A DNA stretch of 64,000 nucleotides from Camelus dromedarius (GCF_036321535.1 NC_087438.1:994001-1058000); one strand, 5' to 3'; counted from the stretch's first letter, positions 12,882-24,087 are shown. Notes: generated from the letters alone by a model not told the origin. Translations and numbers: made by a program.

Positions 12882-14014
12882 TTCTGCCTTTCTGAAGGGG
12901 TCCCTTCTTTGAAGGTTGGCCGTGCCCCCTGGGGTGACCGTGTCCCTGGAAGGCCCTGTGGGATGGTCCTGAACCTGGGCTCTGCACCCAGTGTTACTAA
13001 AGGTTCTGGGAAAGGCCAGGTGTGCTTGGAGGAACGTGTCCCAGGACGTGGTTTTTAAAACAACGTGTCACCCCTCTGTTTGCAGGTCACAAGGACCAGA
13101 GTCACTCCATGTCGCCCCAGGCTCTGTGTTGGAAAGGGTGGGCTAGTGAGGCCAGATTCTTATTAATGCGGGGAATCGGGGCTGGGAGTCTGGCTAGTGC
13201 GCCTGCTCCGTGGGCCCCGGCTCTCACCTGTAAATAACAGTGGTGGCAGGTCCCCTGTCAGCACCGCTGATGGACGGTCCCTTCCCCGCCATTACAGCCT
13301 GTGACTGTGGGAAAATTAATTTAAGTGGTAGTTAATTTCTAATGAATTCCACTCAAGCGGCTAATATGGTCCCTCAGTGCTATGGTAACCTTCATGGATC
13401 ATTGCGTTATGTAAATAAATTCTACTTTACGCCAGTTTATTAGAAAAGAGAGTGAGACTGGGGAGTCTGGCGAAATCTTGTCTGCAACGTGCACAACGAA
13501 CCCTCCCCAGAACTTTCAAAGGGGGAGAAACGAAACCGCGTCCGGAGTTCTCCCGCACACTGAGCCCCCCTGGGTGACTAAGCCACCCGCCTTCGTGCCC
13601 TGGGGGAGTATTTCCCAATTTGCTTTGTTGCTGTGTTCCAAGGAGGAAGAGGGGTGCTTTGGCCTTAGAACTGGGGTGGATTCCATAACAAACCTCCAAG
13701 TGTCTTCTCTGAAACCTCCAAGGCTGGCCTGGGGAGAAGTCTGCGGGCTGGGGCCCGGGGCGCAGGCAAGGACAAAAGGGGAGGAAAGCTGGGCAGGGCG
13801 GAGGCCCCCGCCTCTCCGTGGGTGGACGTGTGCTCCGGGGAGGGCGGGGCAGGGGGGCTTCGGCACCCCGCAGGGAGTAAGCGTGGAGCCACTCGCTGAC
13901 CCTCCAGGGGCCAGTCTGTGTGCAGAGGGGCTCCGGGCAGAATCCGATGAGGGGCGGGGACCACAGCCGGCACCCAGGGGTGTTGGAGTTCACCCGACGA
14001 CTTGGGGTCACCTC

Positions 14015-14135
14015 TCTGTGTTTCCAGCTCAGGCAGCCTTAACAACAGACTTCAGAGGGGTGGCTTAAACAGCAAGATGTCCTGAGGCTGGACATCGGAG
14101 ACCATGGTGCGGGTGGACTCCGTCTCTGGCAAGCG
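14015..14135 (-). mobile_element. Short MLT1 (MaLR) LTR fragment
   Basis: GCAGCCTTAACAACAGACTTCAGAGGGGTGGCTTAAACAGCAAG...GAGGCTGG resembles the MLT1 terminus in reverse. Confidence 0.5.
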
Positions 14136-15505
14136 CTCCTTCCAGATCTGCAGACGGCCGGCCGGCTGCTGCCCGTGTCGGAACTACAAACACAGTAAAC
14201 GGTACGAAACAGCAGTGCCGCTGACCGCGTCCCCGCCCCCCAGAGGAGCTGCGCCTCAGTCTCTCCAACCTCTCTCCCCACTCTCCTGGCCTCCCCCAGG
14301 GCTGGTTTCCAGTGATCCCTCACCCCTGTCCTGGGAGAGCTGCCCCCTCACCCTGGGCGTGGGGGTGGCCGTCTCCCCATGCAGGCCCCAAAAGGCATCC
14401 TCCAGAGCCCCATCCACGTGCCTCAGGTGCCAGGCCGCGGGGTAAACACACGCGTGAGACAGGGTCGTGCTCTGCGGCAGGAACACCGAGGGTGTGACGG
14501 CAAAGGAAGCGGGCCAAGCCCGCCCCAGCCTGGAGCTGCTCCTGGCAAGTCCCGGAGGACCTGGAGGAGGCAGTGGCTGGGGACAGGCAAGCCGCCTGGG
14601 TTCCTGGGTCTGCATTTGCTCCTCAAGGAAGCAGGGGTCTGATCAGAGCTGGAGGGGCCAGGCCATTCCTGGAAGGGGCTGGCTTTGAGCTGTGGGGTCC
14701 AGCAGGCTCCGGGCACCATGTATGTGAGGGGCCCCTGCAGCGACCACTGGACCCAGCGGGATGTGAGGGCGAGGGGCGACCCGGCAGCAGCCTTGGTCTG
14801 GGGGTGAAGCCCCCAACCTCGTGGGGCATGGGTGCCCCTGTGTGTGGGCCTGGTTGCAAAGGACGTGCAGGGGCAACGGAGCCCCACTTGGCCACCCGGT
14901 GTATCGGGCCTTGGACCTCAGAGGTGGCCATCTTCCACCTTGGGCTTGGATTCTAGTTTCTGGCACCTGAAATAGAATTCAGTTCTAGAAAGATTACAGC
15001 TAATATTGAGAATATGCAAAAAAAAAAAAATAACCTGTCACAAATTCATGGTAACAGGCAAAGGGCTCAGTCCACAAACTGTCAAAGGCTGTGGCCGGGC
15101 AGGATGGAGGATCAAGGCCACACGCCCTCCCCTAGCAGCTCCCTGACCCCCCATCAACCCGTGTCCCCCACGCAGGACCAGATCAGTGTGGAGCCGCAGC
15201 CGCGGGGGCAGGGAGGATGTTGAGGACCAGAGCTCCTTCCTGCGGCGGCCCTGGACCGAGGACGCGGGTCGTCCCTGGACCGAGGACACGGCCCTGCACA
15301 GTGAGGTGAGCACATAGCCTGGGCTCCGTCTGCTGTCTCAGATTCAGACGCCCCGTGACTCGATGGCACTCGTGATCGGGTGACTCAGGGCTGTGCTCCT
15401 GGCTGAAGTCACCTCTGCATTCTTAAGGGGGCGAAAGGCCGGCTCAGACGCCGGCGTCTTTCCCAAGTTCTCTGTCCCTCTGTCATGGGAGGTTCTGAGA
15501 TTCCA

Positions 15506-15610
15506 CTTTTTATTTATTTATGTATGTATTTATTTTTAGTGTTATCTCAGGAATGTATTTTATTTTATTTATTTAGTTTTAAAATTTTCATTTTATTTTA
15601 TTTTTTATTT
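15506..15610. repeat. Degenerate (TTTA)n / AT-rich simple repeat
   Basis: TTTTTATTTATTTATGTATGTATTTATT...TTTTATTTTATTTTTTATTT. Confidence 0.85.
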
Positions 15611-17009
15611 CTTACTGCCACCACCTTGTGCCCTGAGGTTGCCGTTAAAATGGCAACCAGGCACCACGAATCCAGGTGCTGAGAGGACAGAGAACGACCG
15701 GGAAACCTGGGCACGGAGAGCCGCCGCAGCAGCCCGCAGGGCCCCCGACGGCCCTGCCCACACAGGCGCGCCACCACTGAGCGTCTGGCTCACACCGCTG
15801 CTGCTCCCAGCCCCCCGGGTCTTGCCGTGGACACAGTGTAGAGCTGAACACGTGGCTTCAGGTGACCCGGTGGGACTATTTTGCTGCAGGAACTCACACA
15901 CCTACCAAGTGTTTAGCAGAGCGTGTGATGCAAAACGGATAAATCAGTGGAGTCCAAAGCCTGACTCACTGACCAGAGAAGACCCCTTTCTTCTATCGCG
16001 AATGTCATGTTAGGTGATTAAACCGATAGAAGTGCTAAGTGAAAAACTGTGGCTTCGTTTTAGGATAGGTGATTACACGTTATTATTATTACTACAGAAA
16101 GAACCATTGTGTCTTCAGGCAGAAATCGGAGGAGAAAGCCACGCTCTAGACGTCCCGAGAGCCAGCGGACGGGCTGCCAGGGCTTCTGCACAGTAACCCC
16201 TATTATGTTGGGTAAAACCGCACCCCGGTGTCAGGAAAAGCACGCATCACTTTCTGAGGAGGAGGCGATGAATCTTTCATGATGCCAGCCAGGTGAGGAA
16301 TCTGCCTGAGCCCCGCACGTGGGGGCTGCCTGGCTGGACCCCTGAGGCGCGCCGGGGCCAGCTTCCTGACAGCTCTTTCTGCGTATCCACACAGCCAAAG
16401 TCAATTTCTCATGCAATGCAAAACAGCTCCCTTTGTTCTGTAAATGTCTCATTTTTTTCCCTGTGTTTTTTAAAACAGAAAAATGACAAGTAGGAACTTG
16501 GAGGAAAAAAAAAAAACCAAAAACCTGACCTCTAATTGGAAGTCATAACCACTGATTACAAAATGGGACAAAACACCTCATGAATGAAAAAGGGAAAGAA
16601 AAATATTCATATAGATGCAAAAAAATGCCCTAAATCAAAAGTAACGCTTGCAATAGCTTATACCAACTTGCTGAGGAAATCGGGGCAGGACCGCGTGGGG
16701 ACAGAATGGGGGTGCCCCGCGTTTGCCAACAGGAGCCACCATCCAGACGCAGCCTCAAGTTAGGACGGTGCACAAAACCGGGGCAGGCACGGGAGCTACA
16801 GGGCCTTGCTTGTAGATTCAAGGACGAAACCAAAGGGTGGTTCAGGAGCTGAGGGTCGTGCCCGATTCCTAGGAGAGAAACTGGCTCTGGGGTCCGACAG
16901 ACAGACAACACCGCAGCCTCGGGCGGCGTGCGTTTTGAACAATTCAAGTATATCATCTATTAACGAGAATTTAAATGAAATTTGTTTAAAAAAATTCGAT
17001 ACCACTTGC

Positions 17010-17185
17010 AGTGCATTGAACAGCACCTCCCCCCCAAGTGTATGTCTACTCAGCCTCTGAGAACGTGACCTCTTCTAGAAGCAGGGTCTCTGCGGATGTG
17101 ATTAGGGATCTTGAGGTGAGGTCATCCCGCTTTCCGATGCTTTCACTTGCCAAGTCTGATCACTTGTTACAGCAGCGCCAGGGGA
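17010..17185 (+). mobile_element. Internally deleted MLT1 (MaLR) LTR
   Basis: AGAACGTGACCTCTTCTAGAAGCAGGGTCTCTGCGGATGTGATTAGGGATCTTGAGGTGAGGTCATCCC is joined almost directly to the LTR-end motif TTGTTACAGCAGC. Confidence 0.6.
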
Positions 17186-17930
17186 GTGGTCTCGCCCTCC
17201 CGTAAGAGCAGTTAGTGAAATACGTTAATTTCTTCTTTATTTTCCATCTTAAACGTGTACCCACTTGGCGTGCACGAGGGAGGGCTCTTTCTAAAGCCAG
17301 TCGGCACGTAACGCAAGAGAATAAAATACGATTCTACTCCTGTCCACCCTGCCACGCAGGAGGAAGGCGCACAGCCACCCGGAGCTGCTGTGTCAGAGGA
17401 AGGATTTCTCACTGAAAACACAACCCTGATGTTTCTCTCTCATTCTTCCCAAAGAATAAATTCTTCCTCACGATGAGAAAACTGATTCAATGAGTTCTTA
17501 AGGCTTTAAATGTTAAATTTAGGGAAAGTTCATCTTTTCAAGATCTAAATTTTGCAGCAACAACCAGAAGTCAAGAACGGCCTGGGTGACGGGGGGAGGA
17601 AGGATGGGGTCCTTCTCAGGAAAGCATCCAGAGGTCGGAGGAAGGTCTCAAACAGCCTGCCTGGTGCGATCTGATTCGAAAGCGTGTTCAGTCGGGTGGG
17701 GAGGGAAGTGCCTGCTGGGGGGTGAGGCGGGGGTGTGAGGTTCTCTTTAAATCTTCTTTGTGTTTATTTACATTCTTCTTTTTAATGAATACGTGTTCAA
17801 AGGTCTTTAGAGCAGAAATGAAAACCCTAAGGCCTCGGCAGGCTGCTTGCTAAGCTGACACCACGACGTCCACTCACACACGACGTGGGCTGGGGGTCAG
17901 AGACCACTTGCCGTAGAGAGTGTTCCAGAA

Positions 17931-18097
17931 CAGGGTGGGCGAACGTCTTCTGGAAAAGGCCAGAGAGCAGAATTGTAGGTCCTCCGAGACGGCTGCTCAG
18001 CGTGCCTTGCAGGGGGAGCGCCCACCAGGAGCGTGTCCCAGTAAAACTTTATTGACAAGACAAGACAGGCTGTGGCCAGGGCTGCCCACCTCTGGCT
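17931..18097 (+). mobile_element. MER58-like hAT-Charlie MITE
   Basis: CAGGGTGGGCGAACGTCTTCTGGAAAAGGCCAGAGAG ... GTGTCCCAGTAAAACTTTATTGACAAGAC ... GCCCACCTCTG; decayed terminal inverted repeats. Confidence 0.65.
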
Positions 18098-18169
18098 AGA
18101 CAAGCGAGAGGCAGCTGTCTTCTCCACCGCACGTTGCAGGGTCAGAGCAGGGCAGGAGGGGAGAAGAGG

Positions 18170-18641
18170 AGCTACCATGTGACCCAGCAGTGCCCCTCAC
18201 TCCTGGGTGTTTACCCAAAGAAAACAAAAATACCAAAAAAACTCTGTTATATGTGGAATCTAGGGGAAAAAAACACCCCAAACTGATAGGAGAGAGTGAG
18301 CAGGCGGTGGCCAGAGGTGGGGGTGGGGGCGGGCGAAGTGGGTATAGGAGGGGTCAGAAGATAAGATACAAACTTTTAATTACAAAATAAATGCACGTCC
18401 TGGGGATGTCATTCACCACGTGGTGACAGAAGTTAGTAACACCATAGTGCGTAATTGAAAATTGCTAGAGTAAATCTTAGAAGTTCTGATGGTAAGAAAA
18501 AAAATGCTGTAACTGTGGGCAGTGACGGATGCGGACTAGACTTACTGTGGTGACCATCCTGTAACACACAGACACTGAATCGGTGTTGTACACCTGAAGC
18601 TGATACACTGTTATATACATCAATTACACCTCAGGAAAAAA
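18170..18641 (+). mobile_element. LINE-1 3' end (L1MA-like)
   Basis: GAGCTACCATGTGACCCAGCAG, TATATGTGGAATCTA, GAAAATTGCTAGAGTAAATCTTAGAAGTTC, TGTTGTACACCTGAAGCTGATACACTGTTATATACATCAATTACACCTCA, then an A-rich tail. Confidence 0.85.
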
Positions 18642-19109
18642 GACAGAAGCGTTTAAGAATGGATTATACTGGGTTCAAACATCTAGCGAGTTCTGTGGCT
18701 CATGGTCCAGTGACCCTGCAGCCCCCAAAAAGAAAGGAGGAAGGGAACCGTGCAGATGCGGGCAGGTGCCTGCAGCCAGGTGCAGGCAGGAAGTGGCTCA
18801 CTAAGCCAGCTTAAACCAGAAAGGGGAGAGGGTCCTGGTGGGGCAGGGAGCTGCAGGGTCTGAGTGCAGAGCAGGGCCTGGGTCAGTCTCTCTTCAACGA
18901 GACCTGGGAGCTGCTCCAACCGTGGGGGTGGTCCTGGCGTGGGCACCTGGGTTGGGCCCCGCACACATGGACCCTGACTGGACAGAGCCCACAGTGTTGG
19001 CGACCACGCCTGCTAAGGAAGGGGCCACGCCCCCTGCAAGGGAGAGAACTGGGGACGGGATGGGGGCCTGCCCGGGCTGGGTGTCTCTTTCCCTCTCACA
19101 CTCTTACAC

Positions 19110-20035
19110 ACTCAAATTCTTTTCAACAAGCAGATTGTTCACAAATTTTTACGTTTTCCTCCTAGGTATCAATTATAAAAGTAAAATATAAACATAATTC
19201 CTCAAGAAAAAAACCCAAAAACCTACAGCAAAAAATGAAGCCTTTCGCTCCATTCCCGCCCCCTCCTGCTCTCCCCTCCAGGGGCACAAATAATTGCTGT
19301 TTTGGTGTTTGTTGTCCCAGAACTTTCCTTACACTGTTACTTAAATATTTTTACTTGGAAAAACATGTGGTTAGATTCAAAAGTTTTTTACATAAATGAA
19401 AACATGCTTTGCACACTGATGTCCGATTTTTTTACATTTAACACTAAGAAATATGACCGGCTGGCATCTGTGACAGCTGAGAGCCCTGGCGTTTGTCTGA
19501 GGCCAAGTGCCCTCCCCTCCCGGGATCATGTCATCTTTGACTTAACCTTCACCCCCTCTGGCTTTGACTAGTTTCCATTCATCTGTCAAGACAAACGCTG
19601 CTGCTGAGAGCAGCCTTCTGGATTCTTCTTTGTGGGCAAGTATTTTGCTGATAAGGCCCAGAGTGGGGTCGGGAAGGACTTGTGTTTACATGTAGAAGTC
19701 GCCCGTCTGGCCTCTGGAGGCACCACTACCAGCGGGCTACAGGAACTTCTGTTCACAGCCAGCTTTCCACCTGGATAACCAGGAAACTAACTTTTGCACA
19801 TCTAATGGCAAACACGCACTTCATTTAATTTTATTCTCATTTCCTGATTACTAGCGAGATCGACTGTAGTTCACGTGTTTGCTCGGACACCGCCTGTCCC
19901 TGTCTTTGCCCCATTTTTGTTGGCTCCTTTGATCTTTCTTACGGGTATGCAGTGCCTTTTGTACCTGAGATCTTCACCGTTTTGTGCGGGCTGTCTGTGC
20001 ATGGGTTTCCCCGCCTGTCTTGCTCTGTAGAATGT
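19110..20035 (-). mobile_element. Ancient degraded LINE-1 fragments (L1ME-like)
   Basis: T-rich sequence with decayed L1 motifs such as CATTTAATTTTATTCTCATTTCCTGATTACTAGCGAG and TGTCTTTGCCCCATTTTTGTTGG. Confidence 0.5.
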
Positions 20036-20821
20036 GAGTCTCCCCTTGGCCTGAGGAACTGGCTGAGGCCCCAAGCAGAAGGTCGCGAGATGGACAGAAT
20101 GTGTCAGAACATGTGCTCAGACCTCAGACCAAATTGAGACTGATCACTCCAGCAGAGAATGACTCAAAGCTCAGAGGCAACCCTGTGACAGGGGACATCA
20201 GGGCCCTGCATGTCACTGGCTCCAGGTCAGTCTGCAGAGTCCCTGACAGCAGTTCCACTGCCTCAGTTCACACCCACTGCACACACGTGTGTACACACAC
20301 ACACCACCCATGCATACACAGACACACGTGCACAAACTCTTTTCAAGTCTCAGACCACGGATGACAACATGTTTAACTGATACCCAAAATACCTTTATGT
20401 ATGTATAAACAAGTTAAACTTCCCGTGACTTAAAGATTTCTAAGGGCCTTGGGACAATTGTTGGGAATAGCGTTCGAATCCCGGGGAAGCAGCGGTGTGG
20501 CTGAACGCAGAGACAGGACTGAAAGCACCACGAGGAAGGTCTCTGTGCGGAGCCTGCTCTGACGCGGCGGGATCAGGCCAGGTTTCTCTCCATCCTGTTA
20601 TGCCCTCTACCCCAGCAAACACAGCTCCTACAGGAGGCAAAAGGCGCGCCCCCCCAGGTGGGGCTCTGGCCTGACTGGCCCTGGGGCTGCAAGAGGTGAG
20701 GTGCCAGCGGCAGGCCAGCAGATCTGAGTCCACAGGAGGTTTACACTTTTCCTTTCCATGAGGCGACACCACCTCCTAAGGCAGGGGCACGACTCTGCAC
20801 GGGGCTTGGCAGTCCGGGGGC

Positions 20822-21100
20822 CTACATCCGTCTCTGCTTGTGCTTCGGGTTGGTCTTGCAGTAGACGAACCAGCGCCCGCGCCTCTTCACCAGGTAGCAG
20901 TCCCTGCAGCGCTTCTTGAGGACGCCCTTGGTCTTGAAGCCCAGAGCGGGCTGCAGGCCCAGCACGAGGCGGGCGGACAGGAGCGGGGCCGCAGGTGCGG
21001 CGCGCAGGGGCCCCAGCGAGAGCGAGGAGAGGGGGCGACCGCACAGACGGAGCAGGGGGCCCGCGGAGGAAACCACTTTCCTTAGGAGAGCAGCTGCCAT
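20822..21100 (-). CDS. MRPL36: Mitochondrial ribosomal protein L36 (bL36m), single coding exon, 92 aa
   Basis: Arg/Leu/Ala-rich, acid-free presequence followed by the bL36 domain [36 protein letters not shown] with C-x2-C...C...H zinc ligands. A splice acceptor (CTTCCCCTCTCCCCCAG|, exon starts 21113) lies 13 nt upstream of the ATG. Head-to-head with NDUFS6 as in other mammals. Confidence 0.98.
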   Translation of the reverse strand: MAAALLRKVVSSAGPLLRLCGRPLSSLSLGPLRAAPAAPLLSARLVLGLQPALGFKTKGVLKKRCRDCYLVKRRGRWFVYCKTNPKHKQRRM

Positions 21101-21499
21101 GCTGTGGCTGGACCTGGGGGAGAGGGGAAGGCTTGTACGGCTTCCAGCGCCTCCTGCGTCCCGTTCAGACGTCCTTTCCCCGCGTCCCTGCGCTCGGGAT
21201 CACGGGCTCCGGCGCCGCGCTCGGGGTCCAGCGCGCCCCGCGCCCCGGCCCTGCCCCCGTCCACGGGACCCCTGGGCGGCCAGTCCGCGGGGTAGGGGGC
21301 AGGGGGCAGGGGGCACGCGGTCCGGGCCGGGGCCGGGCCTGCAGAGTCAGCACCAGTGAGGCCGCTGCCCACTGCGGCGACCTCGGCCCAGAGCCCACCC
21401 GGGAAACCGAAGCCAGGGATCCCCGGGACGCCCCCTCCCGGAGCCCCGAACCCCAGCCTGCCCTGCCCCCAGCCCTGGGGACCCCAGGGACAGCCCCAC

Positions 21500-21580
21500 C
21501 TGGAAAGAACGCACCCGCGCCCGCCGGCAGAGCGCCTCGCCAGCCCCTGCGCCTGCGCCCTCGCCCGGGCCTGCGCAGTG
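21500..21580 (-). other. MRPL36: Probable non-coding exon 1 of MRPL36 (5' boundary approximate)
   Basis: Minus-strand donor TTCCAG|GTGGGG at 21500/21499 inside the CpG island, next to NRF1-like motifs; it pairs with the acceptor at 21114-21115. Confidence 0.55.
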
Positions 21581-22024
21581 GGGCGGCGACGCTGCCGCCC
21601 GGACTGTTGCCAGGAAGCAAGATGGCGGCAGGGTCACGTGGCGGTCCCCGCCGGGCTGGGCGCAGAGGCGGAGCCGCGGGATGCTCGGGCCCGAAGGCTC
21701 TGAGTTTCTCCTCCGCAGACTGCATTCCCTTCCCAGGCCCCCAAGCCCTCCGCCCCAGACGCCCCCAGCCCTGTGGACCACCGGGAATTTTAGGTTTGGG
21801 GGTGTTCCTGGGAGGGGGGGAGGGGTGCAAAAATGAGAATTAAAGTAGGTATCTAGAATGAAAAAGAAGTCACAACCAAGTAGACGTTTTAAAAACTGAT
21901 AAATAGCAACGTCAGAACAAAGTCTAGAAAAACCACATGCTTGTATTAAGTGGACATCCTGGGAGAAATGTGGCGACGCTCAGGAAAACACGTGGAAATA
22001 GGCCCTGATCCGAACCGGTTGCAA

Positions 22025-22900
22025 TTAAATTTTTTTTCCTCCAACATTTTATGAAAACTGTCCAACATAGAGAAAAGTTGAAGGACATTTATGGCGAACA
22101 CCCAGGTACTCACTGCCCAGATTCCATGATGATACTGCCGCACGTGCCTTTCCGCGATGGGTCCGCGTGGACACATCTACTCTCCATGCACACGAAGGTG
22201 AGCTGCAGACGGAGTTCACCTGCGCGGCTCCATGGCACTGCAAGGCGCACTGCTGACTTGGCAGAGCGCTGTGGCACCTGCCCAGGTGGTGAGCTCGGGC
22301 CTGCCTCTGAGCACCGATCTGGGGATACCTTTCCGTTCCGGGAGGTATTCTGTGCACTGTAGCCTCTCATCGCCTCGTCGGCTTCTCCACCTCCCCAGAG
22401 TCCAAGCTGTGGATGCCCTCAGCTTCTGAGGGGTGGGGTGCGTGACCCTACCCCAGCTCTAGGACTGTCCCCTGCGCCCATCATCCTCGCCCTTGGTGGG
22501 CCTGGCCGTGTAAGCTGACCCTCCCGACGAGTCTGTGCACAGGCGGTTTGGAGGAGGCCATGAGAAGCAGGAGAGAAGCAAGGCCGGAACCCTGAGCCGA
22601 GGTCCTGCCTGTTCGTGCTCCAGAGCAGCAGGCCTTTCGGGGCTGACCTGCATGGGGATACCATTGACTGTGCCTTACTGGTAGTTGCACTGGGCTCTGC
22701 TGCAGAAACCCCAAAACAGGTCATCCCCGCGGCCACACAGAAAAGCGCACCGCGTAACATGATGTACTTCCAAGTTCCTCTCTAAGCAAGGACCCTTCTT
22801 CAATATTCACCAACATTCGCTATGTAACCCCCACATGATTATCGATTACCATCGAATGTAAGCACTGCATCTTCCGTATCCATGTTCCCTCGCCTGCCCC
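22025..22900 (-). mobile_element. Degraded L1MC-like 3' fragments between the two promoters (about 22025-22200 and 22760-22900)
   Basis: TTTTATGAAAACTGTCCAACATAGAGAAAAGTTGAAGGACATTT and TTCCTCTCTAAGCAAGGACCCTTCTTCAATA resemble L1MC 3' ends in reverse. Confidence 0.5.
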
Positions 22901-22929
22901 TGGTAAGTGGAGCAGTCACTAAGTGCTAA

Positions 22930-23530
22930 CGTTGCACGCAGCTTCCCGCCTTACCCCGCCGGGCTGAGCCCCCGCCCGCCGCTGCACCTGTCCGCCGCAC
23001 CTGCCTGACCGCACTGCGCCTGCGCTCCTCCCAAGGGCGAGATAAGTCCCGACCAAGCCGGCCCTGCGGAAGCCGTGCGCATGCGTCGGCGCTCGGAGCG
23101 TCGGCGCGCGGGGTCGAAGGTCAGCCGGCAATATGGCGGCGGCGGCGGTGACCTTTCTCCGGCTGCTGGGCCGGGGTGGCGCGGCGGCGCGGAGCCTGCC
23201 CAGGGGCGCCCGGTGCTTCGGGGTGCGGACCTCGCCGTCCGGGGAGAAGGTCACGCATACCGGCCAGGTAACCGCCGCGGCGCGGAAGGGCGCCCAAGTG
23301 GGCCCCCAGATCCCGCGGTCCAGTACCCTGTGTCCCTGGTCCCCCTGGTCCCCTGTGTTCCCCCGCGGTCCAGCTTCCCGGGGCCCCAGGCCCCACAGTC
23401 CCTTCCTCCAGTGCCCCTGACGCCCCAGGCCCAGCGCCCGCGGTCCAGTCTCCGGTGTCCCGCCCCGCATTGCTCCCGGCCCAGCCCCCGCAGGGGTACC
23501 GAGGGGCTCAGGCGTGCACGGCGTGTTCGC
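22930..23530. promoter_or_regulatory. CpG island / NDUFS6 promoter
   Basis: Dense CpG. NRF1-like TGCGCCTGCGC 23015-23025 and TGCGCATGCGT 23076-23086, ETS/GABP CGGAAG 23067-23072, YY1-like AATATGGCGGC overlapping the start codon. Confidence 0.85.
23133..23267 (+). CDS. NDUFS6: NDUFS6 coding exon 1 (complex I 13 kDa-A subunit; presequence)
   Basis: MAAAAVTFLRLLGRGGAAARSLPRGARCFGVRTSPSGEKVTHTGQ (45 codons), donor CAG|GTAACC. Confidence 0.97.
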
Positions 23531-24087
23531 AGCTACTGTAGGGTCTGGTCCTAGAGCTTCTGCGACTGTAAAACAAGGCTGTTCCCCGGGGTAGCTCCTT
23601 GGTTACTGTGGGCAGGCTGCCGCCGGAGTCAGAAAGTGCCGATTGTAAGGGTCAAGTCTTATAATGTTTGTACAGTATTAAATACCACATTTTTACAACT
23701 CGGGGTCTGCTGTACCCTAAACTACAAAAACAGAGGTAGACGATAATTATAACCTGAAAGATGAGACAGTGGGTTCCTACGTTGTCAAGACATCACCAGG
23801 CAGGTTCAGAGAGAAGGAAGCTCTGGGCCCTGCCTGCTTGGAGGTTGGGGTGCCCCCCTCCCCTGAGCTGCTCTCTCCTCTACTCCCCCCCCCCCCCCGC
23901 TCCTTCCGGTTCGCATTGCTGCCTGTTGTCCTCTTAGGAATCCTGCTGTAAAATGCTACACTCACGCCCCATGTGTGTGATCCTGAACGGCCTAACCATT
24001 AAGGAAACACTTTTCCTGTGAGGTTTATGATTGATGTAAGATACAGAACTGGGCAGTAAAAGTCACACACTGTCTTTTTCTTTGCAG

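Larger units (their letters stand above)
20820..21780. promoter_or_regulatory. CpG island / MRPL36 promoter
   Basis: Dense CpG. NRF1-like TGCGCCTGCGC 21548-21558, ETS core CAGGAAG 21611-21617, YY1 CAAGATGGCGGC 21618-21629, E-box GTCACGTGG 21633-21641. Confidence 0.85.

Noticed and set aside
15249..15297. Small perfect or near-perfect tandem duplications (24 bp here; 14 bp at about 50115; 25 bp at about 51122; 22 bp at about 54676)
   Set aside because: Two-copy slippage duplications with no evident function.
20995..21843. 282-aa plus-strand ORF antisense to MRPL36
   Set aside because: CpG-island open frame with a GTG start. Only the ATG-initiated last 73 codons are kept, as a low-confidence lead.
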